Of a DNA stretch of 64,000 nt, positions 31,180 to 43,700 are shown in pieces. The notes beneath the pieces were generated by a model. It saw only the letters and a program-made list of their open reading frames with translations. It was not told the DNA's origin and did not search any database. The translations under genes and the position numbers were made by a program. How positions within the stretch are numbered: the first letter of the stretch is position 1; each line of letters begins with the position of its first letter. Source of the DNA: Macrostomum lignano (taxonomy: Eukaryota); assembly GCA_002269645.1 (NCBI GenBank), contig NIVC01000023.1, forward strand, positions 62,001 to 126,000. Direction: 5' to 3'.

Positions 31180-34083
31180 ATGTCTAATTCGGCCGAGGAC
31201 TCAAATTCAAATCAAGTCGGCGGTGGCGGCTCCTCTTTTGAAGAGGATGATGAAGAGCTCTGCTTGGGTCCGGAGGCTGACCCTGATGCTGATGCAGCTG
31301 ATGCCGATCCGGTTGCGCAGGAGATGGAGCTTGTTGGCGGCAGCGGGGATGACAAGTTTGCCTCGGGAGAAGACAATTTCGCTACAGCTGCAGATCAATC
31401 AAGTGAGCGGTTGTTGATTGAGGATTTCAAGATTCTCATTCTATGGCCTTAATCCTAGGATTTTTGTTGTTGGGATTCACCTAAAACCTCGTGTCGATTG
31501 TGGCATTCACCTAGTGTTCTGTTTAAATTTGGAATGCGCCTCTTCGGATTCAGTATAGAGAATTAATTCAACCAATTTCTGGATTCCCAGTCCTGATGCT
31601 CACTTTGGGATTCCCCATTCCTTTTGTTCACTTTGGGATTTCCCAGTCCTTTTGTTCACTTTGGGATTTCCCAGTCCTTTTGTTCACTTTGGGATTCCCA
31701 GTCCTTTGTTCACTTTGGGATTCCCCATTCCTTTTGTTCACTTTATGATTCCCCATTCCTTTTGTTCACTTTGGGATTCCCCATTCCTTTTGTTCACTTT
31801 GGGATTCCCCATTCATTTTGTTCAATTTGGGATTCTCGAGTCCGTTTCTTCACTTTGGGATTCCCCCGTTTATATGTTTATTTTGTTGATTTCCCAGTCC
31901 TTTTGTTCACTTTGAGATTCCCCATTCTTTTTGATCACTTTGGGATTCCCTATTCCTTTTTTCACTTTGGGATTCCCCATTCCTTTTGTTCAATTTGGGA
32001 TTCCCCAGTTTATGTTTAATTGGGGGATTCCCCAGTCCTGATGTTGAGTTTTGGATTGGCCAGTATTTTTGTTCAGTTTGAGATTCCCGAGTTCTAAATT
32101 TTATTTTTATTTCCCTCAATTCGACTCGACTCTTGTAATTCCATCTCAACCTGCTCGACTACCCAGCTTCCTCTCGCGAGCGCCGACGCCGCGCCGCGAT
32201 GTGCGGTCGCCGGCGCCGACGCGTGTGCATCGTGCCGCAGTGCTACTCAAGCGAGATGTCGAATCCACCGGTACATCTATACTCGTTTCCACAGCATCCG
32301 GTCCTCAGCGAGCTGTGGAAGCGCTGCGTTGCTAATCCGAAATTGAGCACCGTTGCTTCGAAACTGCTCTGCGAACGGCAATACGTTGTCTGCAGTCAGC
32401 ACTTCGAAGACGTCTGCTTTGAGAATCCGTCCGCCCGACGTACTGCCGTCTCGGAGGCCCGATTGAAATGGAACGCCGTGCCAACCCTGGGCTTGGTTGG
32501 CGGCCGCTCCGAGGCGCACCCGAATGGCGGCTCCCCGCTGTACGCTGGCTCCAATCTGGCCATGACATCCTCGGCGACGTCAGCGGCTGGCACCGGCGCG
32601 TCATCGTCAGCTGATTTGCCCGACGTCAGCTCTGGCGATTCCTCGGATTGTGAGTTTGGGGAGTGGAATTCTTATGTAAAGGAACTGGGATTTCCCCGTT
32701 TAGGGATTGGAATTCCCCTGGTGTAGAAAGGGAACTCCTCTGGTGTAGAAAGGGGATTCCCCTGGTGTAAAAATGGGATTTCCGTGTTTAGAGACTGGCA
32801 TTACCCTAATGTAGAACTGGGATTTCGCCGTTTAGGGGTTGGAATTCCCACGGTGTAGAAAGGGAATTCCACTGATGTACACCAGGGGAATTTCCCTGGT
32901 GTAGAAATGAGATTTTCGTGTTTAGTGATTGGGATTCCTATGATGTAGAAATGGGATTTCCGTGTCTAGAGATGTTGATTCCTTTGATGTAGAAATAGGA
33001 TTCCCTGATGTAGAAATGGGATTTACCTGATTTAGAAATGGGATTTTCCTGTTTAGAGATTTGGATTTCCCTGGTAAAGAAATGTGATTTCCCTGTTAGT
33101 GGAAAAGGATTGTCTAAAAGTGATCAGGAATAACCTGATACGGAAACGCTACATTAAAATTTTTGCTACTATAAGTAGTATATATACAATATACAATAAT
33201 ATAATACAATAATATATTATTAATAATTAATAATATTATTAATATTAATTAATATTAATACAATAGTACAATATACAATAAGTATTATATACAATTAGAA
33301 TAATAATAATGATTATATACAACTATATAATTTCGTTTGCATTTCTATTTTTATATTTTGTTCATAATTAGTTCTTTTTTCCTATTTATATTTTGCTTAT
33401 AAATTCGCCTGCAGGTAACGACGGCAATTTGGTTATCGTAAAGGCCGAGCAGCCGCCGACCTGCAAGTCTCCCACCGGTTCTCAGTCGTGAGTTCAATTC
33501 AAGAATCCGCTTTCACCCCTGAAGTCAATTCTGAAATTCACAAATCACCACCAACCAACAAATTTCCCACAGCGCTCGATCCACTGCTCAGCCGCCCAAG
33601 CCGCTACAGCCAAGACAGGCCAAGCTGTCCGCAGCCGCAGCTATTGATAGCCATGTCGCTTCGTCATCATCTCCAGCTACCTCAGTTGCAGCTTCATCTG
33701 CAACCATCGAGTCGACAACTCAGCCTCCCAGTTTGCTACTAGCCAATGGCAACAATAATTTCGTTTCGGCGTCGTCAAAATCTGCGCCAAGCCTAACCGG
33801 GCAAGGTCAGGAATACAGTCTGCTGACTCGTATTGTTAGAATTGCGCTCAACTTAGACCAAGCTCAAACTGGCATGCTTCGCGAGCTCTGCTCGTTGAAA
33901 CGTCGTCAGCGACAGCAGCAAACTCTACTTGGCCACCTGTGCGACCAGCTGGCTCGGTCTGTTGCGGCGCAAACGGCCACCCAGATGCCGCCTGCTAAGC
34001 GAAGTCGGCTTGATAAAGACGATAGAAATAATGGTGCTTCAGGCGAGGGAGGCAGCGGCGCTGGTGGCGGCGTTTCGCTTTGA
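31180..34083 (+). CDS. THAP-domain (C2CH zinc finger) protein, 4 exons, no transposase domain
   Basis: Exons 31180-31402, 32167-32649, 33415-33487, 33573-34083, phase-consistent. THAP signature CIVPQC...FP...LWKRCV...VCSQHF...LKWNAVPTL; acidic N-terminus; C-terminal coiled-coil-like segment and basic PPAKRSR motif. Confidence 0.88.
31580..32090. repeat. ~28 bp minisatellite TTTTGTTCACTTTGGGATTCCCCATTCC, THAP intron 1
   Basis: Direct. Confidence 0.92.
32655..33110. repeat. Degenerate ~21 bp minisatellite GGGATTCCCCTGGTGTAGAAA, THAP intron 2
   Basis: Direct, diverged units. Confidence 0.8.
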
Positions 34084-36670
34084 TCTCTGACTTTGATTTA
34101 ACCGTTAGCTGCTTTCAGTCTATTATCGTTCTTTGTCAGTTTCTATCATTATTAGTTTCTGTACAGGCAAAATTAAACTTATAAAATGCTTATTGATATA
34201 CTCAGCAACATTGAAAAGTCGCCAGTCCCCACCCTTTGCCCCAGTGAGCAGTCTTTCGACCAGTGTCTCATCATCTGACTAACCAGTTTGATATTAATCT
34301 TGAAAAAACAATGAAAACCGGGTGGAAACTTCAATCCATTCCAATCTTCCGCTCTTCCCAAATCCCTGCTCCCCCAGCCCAACTCTGCGTCGTGTGGCGA
34401 AAGTTGCGTCACTTAAAAGTCAACACTGAGCTAGAATTTACTGCGCAATCTCAAAGGTGGGGACTTTTTAATTTTAATGTTGTTGAGTATATTTATTTAC
34501 AATGATTTCATAAGTGTTAAACTTACTCCATTTGTTAATAATTTAATTCAATTTATGTCCTAAATTATACTTACGATATTTTATAGATACTCCTAGTCTG
34601 CGGATTTTTATTTGATTGTTTGTATTAATAGAGATAGTGTGAAATAAAGTGACGTTACAATTACAGTTAAAGTAGTTAAAGTTACTACTATAATTATAGA
34701 AAGTCTTATTACTTTTTAAAGAGTCAATCAATGTACAGTTAAAGTTGGGGTTGAAGTGAAGGCAGGCTAATTTGGGTGAGGCGGGGAGTAGAAGCGCCTA
34801 AAAAATCGATAAAATCAACCTCCCTCCCCAGGCGTCTATATAACTGTACAGTAAGCCACCAGCAATTAAAGTGGGGGTGGGGTTAGCGAAGGAGATCTAA
34901 GCAAGGCTTTAGTTTAAAAACCCTCACCGCCGCGCGTAACCGTCTCCGTCAAATACAAGGGAGGAAGGAGCGGGTTTTAAGTAAGGACTGAAAAAATCGA
35001 TACGCCAAACCATCGGTAGGATGTACGGTTGGTTAACCATTATAACCAACTCCAATCAAGCGTTGTGTTTAGCGAGGGAAATGAGGTGGGAAAAGACAAA
35101 CAGAAAAATCGATATACTTATCCACCCCATTTAGCATAGCCAAGTGCAGTTAAGCAGTCACCCACTGCATTTTTTATACTTACGGTCGTAAAAACTGCAC
35201 CATTTTGTTGGTAAGTTAATTTATTGTTTTACATGTTTAATGTCTTTTTACTAAATTACAATTAGAATAATAATAATAATGATTATATATACATGTAACT
35301 ATATGAATTCGTTTGCATTTCTATTTCTACGAGTATATTTTGTTCATAAACCGAAAGTTAATGTATAAAAATTTATTCAGTCTTATGATAATGATAATAA
35401 AGTCACAATCATATTTTGTTGTTAATTCCAATGGATTATTGCTTAAAAATAATAGACCTACTATATTACTTATCGTAATAACAAATACGCGATTTATTTT
35501 CTAATTCAAGCGATCAGAAACTGATATGTATTTAACTTCAATAATTGTGTTCAATTAGACAGTTCAATATAGAAATAAATTATTTCAGTTGAATTGGTAC
35601 GCTAACGAGCTACTTGAATATTTTTTGTCATTCGCTGCTGAGAAAGTGACAATAAAACATGCCAGTTATGATTAGTTGTTAGTCATTTTTTACATCTATT
35701 TATCATTGCTAAGAAATATTGTCATCTTTAATGGAATTACATGTACAATGTTATTACTAAGTATTAGTACAGCTTACTGAGGCATTACTGCCCATTCTGC
35801 CGACTCCCCTGGGCAGGCAGCCCGTCTGCTATCGTAATAGCAAAACTTAAGTTAACATGGTACTTAATTAAGCAAGTGTATTAAAGCTCTAAATTTGGGA
35901 TGCAAATGCGCGTTGGGGTAAGAACATTGTGTTAGTACTTTCACCTTTACATATTTTGGGGACAAGATATTTAGGTTGGATTATGACAGTTATGAACTGA
36001 TGATAAAGATTTGTCTAAATATCAGTGTATCAGTGTAATTTACAAAATTACAGCCTTAACTTCTCATAATATACTTGTTTTCTCTATACACCAATGCATA
36101 CAATACCATAAATAAGTAGCTAGCTTAGGCGTTTTTTCTAAAAGTCCTAGTAAGACATGTCAAATTTAACATTCAAAGCTATGCAAGTGTTCTTGCGCAA
36201 TAAACAATCAATGTCTCTGTCTCCTACTGTTAGTACTAGAAACTGAAATCTTCTTTTAGTGTTAGTGTCATTCTAAAGAAGTTGCTTACTGTTTTAAATC
36301 TGTTCGGGTCTATGAGAATTGCCCGCCGAGATGATCGGTCGCCGAACTTTTCCCGCAATGCTTTTTCTGCAGCGCATTCATTTAGCCACGCGCAGATTGT
36401 GTCTGCATTAACCCCCCCCCCCCCCCAATGCTCCCAATGCTTCTTAATGAAGAGATCATGCATATGCCATTTCGCTTTGTCTCCATAAATCATTTTTAAG
36501 ACTGTCTGCATTGCCCCCTCCCCAATGCTAAGTAAAAGTCTGCGCGTGGCTAAATGCGTACAGAAAAAAGCATTGCTGGCAAAGTTTGGCGGGAATAGCT
36601 CTGCGGGCAAATCTCGGCGTGCAAATCGTCTTACTCCTAATTCCTTCGTGCTGCATGTACGTAGCCATAA

Positions 36671-38358
36671 TCACAAAGATCGATCGTAGGTGAGAATAGC
36701 CCGACTAATTGTCTGCGCCGTTTTCTCTCGCTTGCTCAGCCTGCGTCGGTGGTTCCTTTTTTTCTGCTGTTTGTCCTTTTCTTGTTGCTGCTTCTCTTCT
36801 TGCTGTTGCCGCTGCTGCCGCTCCAGGATGCTCGTCTGACCGCGCGTCGGCTCCCCGGCGCAGGCGCGCATCCGAGCTGCCAGGCGTTCGCTCGGACTCG
36901 GCGCCTCGACGAACGCGTCGACTACCAGCCGGTCTTGGCCTTGGCTGAGCTCCAGCAGGGTCCGGTGACGTCGGAGATGTCGCTGGACGAATGGCAGCGA
37001 GCTCGGACCGACAGCGTCGCTGAACTCCCTGCGATTGAGTGTGTTTACGCTTTTATCATGCGCTATTCGAGCAAAGATGAGTCAGATTTTGATGTTTGGA
37101 GAGCCTTTTCGACCAGGCCAGAGCAGCATTTTAGCGGTCAATGCGTACGACTTGCGCCACGACCCCTGCTATCCATGTGCAAAGACATTCATTTGCGGCT
37201 TGTGCAGAAAAATGGGCCGGGCGATTGTCGTGCGATTCACCGCCCATGATAGCTAGCCCCCCAGGGAGTGTACAGTATTTGGCGCGCTTGTACAAATGTT
37301 TTTACATATGTATGTGCTCAGGAGTCAGCGGAATGGGCGCGATGGGCAGATATTTTACCTTAAGGTTGTGAAACGTTGTCGCTAAATTAGCTCGTACATG
37401 TATTTATCCCGTATGAATAATACCGTTACCCGCGCGGGATGCCAGTTGCGTAACTTACAGTTGCGATCGGAGAGAAATGGCTCACCATGCAGATCAGGAT
37501 GGATACTTTTCAATGTTCGTGGACGTACAGTACATGTATATTTCCTTCCCCATGCGTTCGACCACTTCAGGAGCTTTTTGGGTCCGATTTTTGAGTAGAT
37601 TAAAAGCGTTATGATAGAATACACAGAAAAATGTTAAAGTTTCCTGCACCCCGCGACACGAAACCAGTGATCATTAAGTGGCAGCTTTAATCCAACTCTA
37701 CTCTTGTAAGCCATAACTCTCCACTCTCTCCTCACCAGGCTAAGCCTTGTGACGCTAAGAAAAGTTGACTACTGGTTTCGATGTTTGGAGACTTTAGCAT
37801 GTTGCTATATGCGTGTGTCCCAGCACCAATGCTTTACCTGCGACCAACTGCTTGCAGTCCTCCTGCAATCATCGTCTGGACGCCAGTCGGAGGGGGTGGC
37901 GGCGAAGGCACGGAGCCTGTCGCGGCTGTAGTCGGCAAAGACTCTAGCTGAGGGCCTCCTCTCCGCTGGCCTACAGCGGACAAGTGCCGGCCATCCAGCT
38001 CCATCGAGGCTGATGCGGCGGCTATCGAATGGTCGCGTCTTCGACGCTGCCGCTCCATAGCAACCGTTGCCATGGTGATCTGGGAGGCCTCGCGATGCAG
38101 CTGTTGATAATAATGTAGGGACTGAAGTCGTGGTGTAACTGAACTCGAAAGACCCGCAGGCTGCTGTTGCGGCTGATGCTTCTGAAGGTCGCGAGTTCGA
38201 AGCTGCCTGTTTTGATTATTATTGGCAACCTTTTCCGTCGGATGCTGATGACTAGTCGTGTCCTCTTCCTGCAGCGATCGTCCCGGTTGCCACAATGTGG
38301 CGGATTCGAACACGGGACGTTTCAGTTCCACCAGCGGCAAACGTTGAGTTGTGGCCAT
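36671..38358 (-). CDS. Putative lineage-specific protein, low complexity (Gln/Pro/basic); no recognised domain
   Basis: Exon 1 37838-38358 (GCCATGG start, 174-codon ORF, donor AG|GTAAAG, phase 2). Candidate exon 2 is 36671-37028 (acceptor CTCAATCGCAG|G, phase 2) encoding ERQQRQQQEEKQQQEKDKQQKKRNHRRR. The exon 2 choice is uncertain. Confidence 0.5.
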
Positions 38359-39176
38359 GGCTACGTACCTATACTGCTGCTAATCTATAATTCGTAGCTA
38401 ACCCTGCATTGGGTTTGCTAACCTGGAACTTTGCTCGGCTAAATACGTGGAGTATACAGCTACTATATATATGTAGAACAATAGAGAGATGCAGATTTCA
38501 TACCCAAGACTGAGATGCATAGCTTGCAGAAGACACACACAACAACTCGTATTTCTAGGGACTGCCGAATTACTAGCGTAAGCAGCAGATAAATGAGCAG
38601 CAATTGTCTCTACGTCCTACTCCTATAGAGGGCTAGAAAAAAGATAGTTAAGTTTTACCTGCCACCTGCAGAGAAGGCTTACGCTGTTGAGAGAAATATT
38701 TTCAAACGGTCTGAGTGTATATGTGCTTTTCAAATGCGACGTCGTTGAGAAGCGTGACGCTCCCTAAAACCGCAGAGTGCTGCTTCTCAAAGTGGCCAAA
38801 AAGAAAAAATAAAATTAGCTACCTACCCGCTTATTTAATTTCATGCCACAAATTAATCAACGAGACGCGAGAAACAGCTTTTCTAGACAAGCTAGACAAT
38901 TATGGCCTCAAATTACCCGTAAAAGGACTGAGAATGCACTCTAGTATTCATAGCTCTGCTGAGTAAACAATTTTTTTCAACCTAATCATTCAATATTTAT
39001 TAACCTAACAATGGCAGCCAGTGAGGGATATCGCATTGTATTACACGCTTAAAATTGATTCCTCTCGAGACTACTCAGCCGACTCGTCAAGGAGGAGCAA
39101 GTTCAAAAACTCGAAGGGACCTACAAGATACGAATAATATTATTAAGTTATGCCCCCCCCCCAACATGCACGATTA

Positions 39177-39903
39177 CACCTTTTTGCATTCAATTTCAGC
39201 AAGCTGGCATTCAAAATCGGCAATCTAAATTTAGCCAACCAAATCTTCATTCCATTTAAGCATGCTCGCATTCCATTTCAGCGAGCCACACTCAATTTCG
39301 GCAATCTGCATCAAATTCAGCAAAATTTTATTGACTAAACGTAAAACGAAACAAATGTCGTCCAATACATGTGGACAGTGTCATAGGGAACAAAAGCAGA
39401 AAATCGAAGTCACGTCAAGTGTGGCCCTTCAGTCCCCATTGATGTGCATCCTGGCCAGGCATCTCGGTACAAAGTTGAAGCAGTGGTTGTACATGTACCA
39501 CTGGAGACACTTGTCCTGAGTGACGCTGTTGTTCACTGCTAGATCGGCGAAGCGCATCAGCTCGTCCCTTCGATATTCAGCCAGTGTACGCGCAGCGTGA
39601 GCTTCGTCGGATGGATTGATGAAAACCACATCAATAGGGACTTGACGTGACTTCGATTTTCTGCTTTCGTTCCCTATGACACTGTACATGTATTGGACAT
39701 TTGTTTCGTTTTACGTTTAGTCTGAATTTGAAATTTGCTGAATTTGATGCAGATTGCCGAAATTGAATGTGGCTCGCTGAAATGGAATGCGAGCATGCTT
39801 AAATGGAATGAAGATTTGGTTAGCTAAATTTTGACTGCCGATTTTGAATGCCAACTTGCTGAAATTGAATGCGACTTTGGTTGAAATTGAGTGCAAAAAG
39901 GTG
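39177..39903. mobile_element. Foldback/MITE-like element with ~270 bp inverted arms and TA target duplication
   Basis: TA|CACCTTTTTGCA...TGCAAAAAGGTG|TA; arms about 39177-39447 and 39626-39903 are near reverse complements with small indels; ~180 bp GC-richer spacer. Confidence 0.9.
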
Positions 39904-40769
39904 TATCAGTTCAGACCGTGAAGAGTTCCGATTGTCATAAACCACGACATCAGCCCTCTCGTCCCCTTCAAGTCCCGCTTTTGTTTATGTCCCATCTCTC
40001 TGCAGACATTCGTACATTCCAGAGCACCGCTCCCTTGTTTTGTTTCCTCAAAATATGCTTGAGACTTTAGGCAAATCCACAAGAATAAAAGTGCATCACT
40101 TCAGCCAATTCACTTGATAAGCGACTGCGAGCGAATTAATTAGACACTATAGATGTAAATGCCATTAGTGATATTCGTGCAAAATGATTGTATAAATTAC
40201 AGACAGTTATTAGGACACACGTACTAATATATTTATAGTACACGGCAAGCTTCAATTCATGCAGTTTATTCCAGTGTATTAGGTGACAGCAACACAAAAG
40301 AGATTCTTTAGCGAATGGATACTGCTAACGGAAGCGACTGTGCGCGCTTAATAAAATAATTAAAAATATAATTACAAAAATTATAAGTATGGACAAGTTA
40401 AAAGACTTGTCCAAAAAATCACCAAAAAGGCATCGAAAGAAAAAAGGTTCTTATAAAATTAGAAAGGTGTTGTCCCGGAAAATTACTTAGAGGGGGCTTA
40501 AATAAACTTATGTTCGGCGGGAATTCCATGGGAATTCCTGCCAAAGTACATAGATGTGCACGTGGGATTCACCGGCAACTGCATAGGGGAGTCGACTTTT
40601 ATAGAGTTGCGTAGATTCCCGTGGAAGTACGTTGGGAATTCCCCGAAATTTAGTTCTTATAGGGATTTCTAAAAAAAGTACATGGGGACCCCCGGGGAAG
40701 AACATAGGGTATTTCCTTGGAAGTGAGTAAATACTTTAGGATTCTCCATGCTTCTACAAAAATCATCCA

Positions 40770-43700
40770 TCAAGCAGGAACCAGCCCGCTCCTACTCTCG
40801 TCCTCTCGACTGCGCTTCTTCGCCCTCTGGGACAAGCAGATTCTAAGAAACAGCGCCAGAAAGACCCCGGCCAGTCCCAAGCAGCCCCAGACGCCGCCAA
40901 ACGGATGGCCGAATAGCAAACAGGACAGCAGAATGGCGAACGCTTGCCTAACCGTCATGATTACAGAGAAGGTCACTGGACCGAATCGTTCGATAGTATA
41001 AAATATTAGCAATTGACCGACGGCGGAGCACACCGAGAGCAGAGTCACGTGACCAAGGAAGCGTGGATGCCTGGCGGCGAAGGCCAGCGCAGCCGGTAGA
41101 GTGCCCTGCTGCAACTGAGTTGTCACCTGAAAGTACGAAATGTACTAACAATAATTTACTTATACGAGCTAAGATGACGAGGCATTTAAACTAACTAATT
41201 AGAGTAAGCTACTCCAGCCTTTTACCCAGAGAAAATCGCGTTTAATTATTAATCAATGAGGGCTTGTGAACAAACAACTCAACAACGCGCACCGTGAAAG
41301 CAGCCGAAAGCAGAGAAGTGCCGGCCATGAGTTGCAGCGGAGTCAATCCGTGCCTAACAAATAATCTACTCTGCCAGGTGCTGGTAAACGAATCGAATAG
41401 CATGTAGCCAGCCAGGAGGGCGGAACCGCTTAAGCTGTCGCCACTGACGCTTTGGTGATGACGGACGCTGGACTTCGAACTGGACGACAGTAGAAATATG
41501 CTAGTGCCTGAGAAATGTAGATTGACAGATAACATGTAAATCAGATGCAACCACAATATTATAACCACAATATTAGTTTACTGTAGGGCGATTGCTTAAA
41601 AAGACGAAGTGGCGATTCTTAGAATGGCGAATGCTAGGGCGATTCTTAGAATAGCGAAAGCTATGGCGATTCTTGGAATGGCGAAAGCTAGGGCGATTTT
41701 TAGAATGGCGAAAGCTAGGGTGATTCTTTGAATGGCGAATGCTAGGGCGATTCTTAGAATGGCGAAAACTAGGGCGATTCTTAGAATTGTGAAAGTGGCG
41801 ATTCTTAGAATTGTGAAAGGGCGATTCTTAGAATTGTGAAAGTGGCAATTCTTAAAATTTTAAAAGTGGCGATTCTTAGAATTTTGAAAGTGGCGATTCT
41901 TAGAATTGTGAAAGTGGCGATTCTTAGAATTGTGAAAGGGCAATTCTTAGAATTGTGAAAGTGGTGGTTCTTAGTAATGGCGAAAGCTAGGGCGATTCTT
42001 AGAATGGTGAAAGCTAGGGCGATTCTTAGAATGGTGAAAGCTAGGGCGATTCTTAGAATGGTGAAAGCTAGGGCGATTCTTAGAATGGTGAAAGCTAGGG
42101 CGATTCTTAGAATTGTGAAAGTGGCGATTCTTAGAATTGTGAAAGGGCAATTCTTAGAATTGTGAAAGTGGTGGTTCTTAGAATGGCGAAAGCTAGTGCG
42201 ATTCTTAGAATGGTGAAAGCTAGGGCGATTCTTAGAATTGTGAAAAGGGGCGATTCTTAGAATCGTAAAAGTGGTGATTCTTAGAATGGTGAAAGCTAGG
42301 GCGATTCTTAAAATGGCGAAAGCTAGGGCGATTCTTAGAATGGCGAAAGCTAGGGCGATTCTTAGAATGGTGAAAGCTAGGGCGATTCTTAGAATTGTGA
42401 AAGGGGCGATTCTTAGAATCGTAAAAGTGGTGATTCTTAGAATGGTGAAATATGATGATTCTTAGAATGGTGAAGGCTAGGGTAGTTCCTAATATGTTGA
42501 AATCTAGGGCGATTCTTAGAATTGTGAAAGGGGCGATTCCTAGAATTGTGAGAGGCGATCTTAGAATGGTGAAATATGATTATTCTTAAGAATGGTGAAC
42601 GCGATGGCGATTCCTAGAATCTCGAGATGCAATTCTTAAGAATATTGAAAGGAAGATTCCTAAAACGATGAAGGGAGATTCTTAGAATAATCATCTTAGA
42701 ATAGAGACGATACTTAATAAACCGCTACAATTGCTTAATTTAGATTGTACAGGATTAGCTAGATCCGAAAAGCTCTTACTTGACAATAGTAAAAATAAAA
42801 ATATTTACTTTTCCCTACCGGCACTGATAAGCACCGCCGTTCCGTATTCGTCCAGCCTGTAGGTCCTACGCGACACCAGCTTGCCCATTAGCATTACTGG
42901 CACAATTTTGCAAGCCTTGGCCAGCACCTGAGTTGGAAAGCTGACAAATAGCAGAGCCTCGTATTGGCACCAGGCGCTTAGCACATTAGACAATGAGCAA
43001 TAGGCATAATCCAGCACTGAGGCTTCGGTTTCAACTGCAGACGTGCTGCTGTTGTCTCCTCGAACAAGCCGACAAGTAACCAGTAGGCAGGTAGCAACGC
43101 AGCCAGCCAATAATCGATTAGTGAATACGAGAAACTGTGAATCGGTGAATTTTTCGCCAGCACCAGCTGTTCCATCGCCAGCATGATAAACTGTGGTCAT
43201 TACCTGTTCCTGCAGCACCCCCCAAGTTAAATAGGCCGCTTGCAAGCCGAGAAAACAGCCGACTAAACGACAGATGTTAGATACCGAATTGGGAGAATTT
43301 TCCACTGCTGCAGATTCTTTTGTAGGCCCTTTAGCTTCAGCTGATCCGGATTGAACAGTCTGACAAAAATTATTTAATTTATTTAAATATTTTAACTAGT
43401 GTATTGGAAACTTATCTTTATTTATTTAACCTAAGTTATGATCCCATCAAAACTGGTACCAAAATTCACCCTCATGAAGAATCTCCCCATCCTAAAACCC
43501 ACCTTCTCCATGCTACCTGGATTGGGGTTGAAGCTGCATAAAAATGAAGCTTAAATTTGAAATGATCAAATCAAAACTGGAGCGACTATATATGAACCTA
43601 AACTGGAAGTAAATTGTTTGTACTTAAAGTATGAGGGTGTTGAAATCGAAGTACAAAGCAAACAAAAGTTTCCAGACTGTGTTTACTGTGAACGACAGCA

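Noticed and set aside
36749-37249. Plus-strand ORF with a hydrophobic signal-like start (FFLLFVLFLLLLLF)
   Set aside because: It has no ATG start and is the exact antisense register of a Gln/Lys/Glu-rich minus-strand frame that has an upstream ATG exon and splice signals; less likely, though not excluded.
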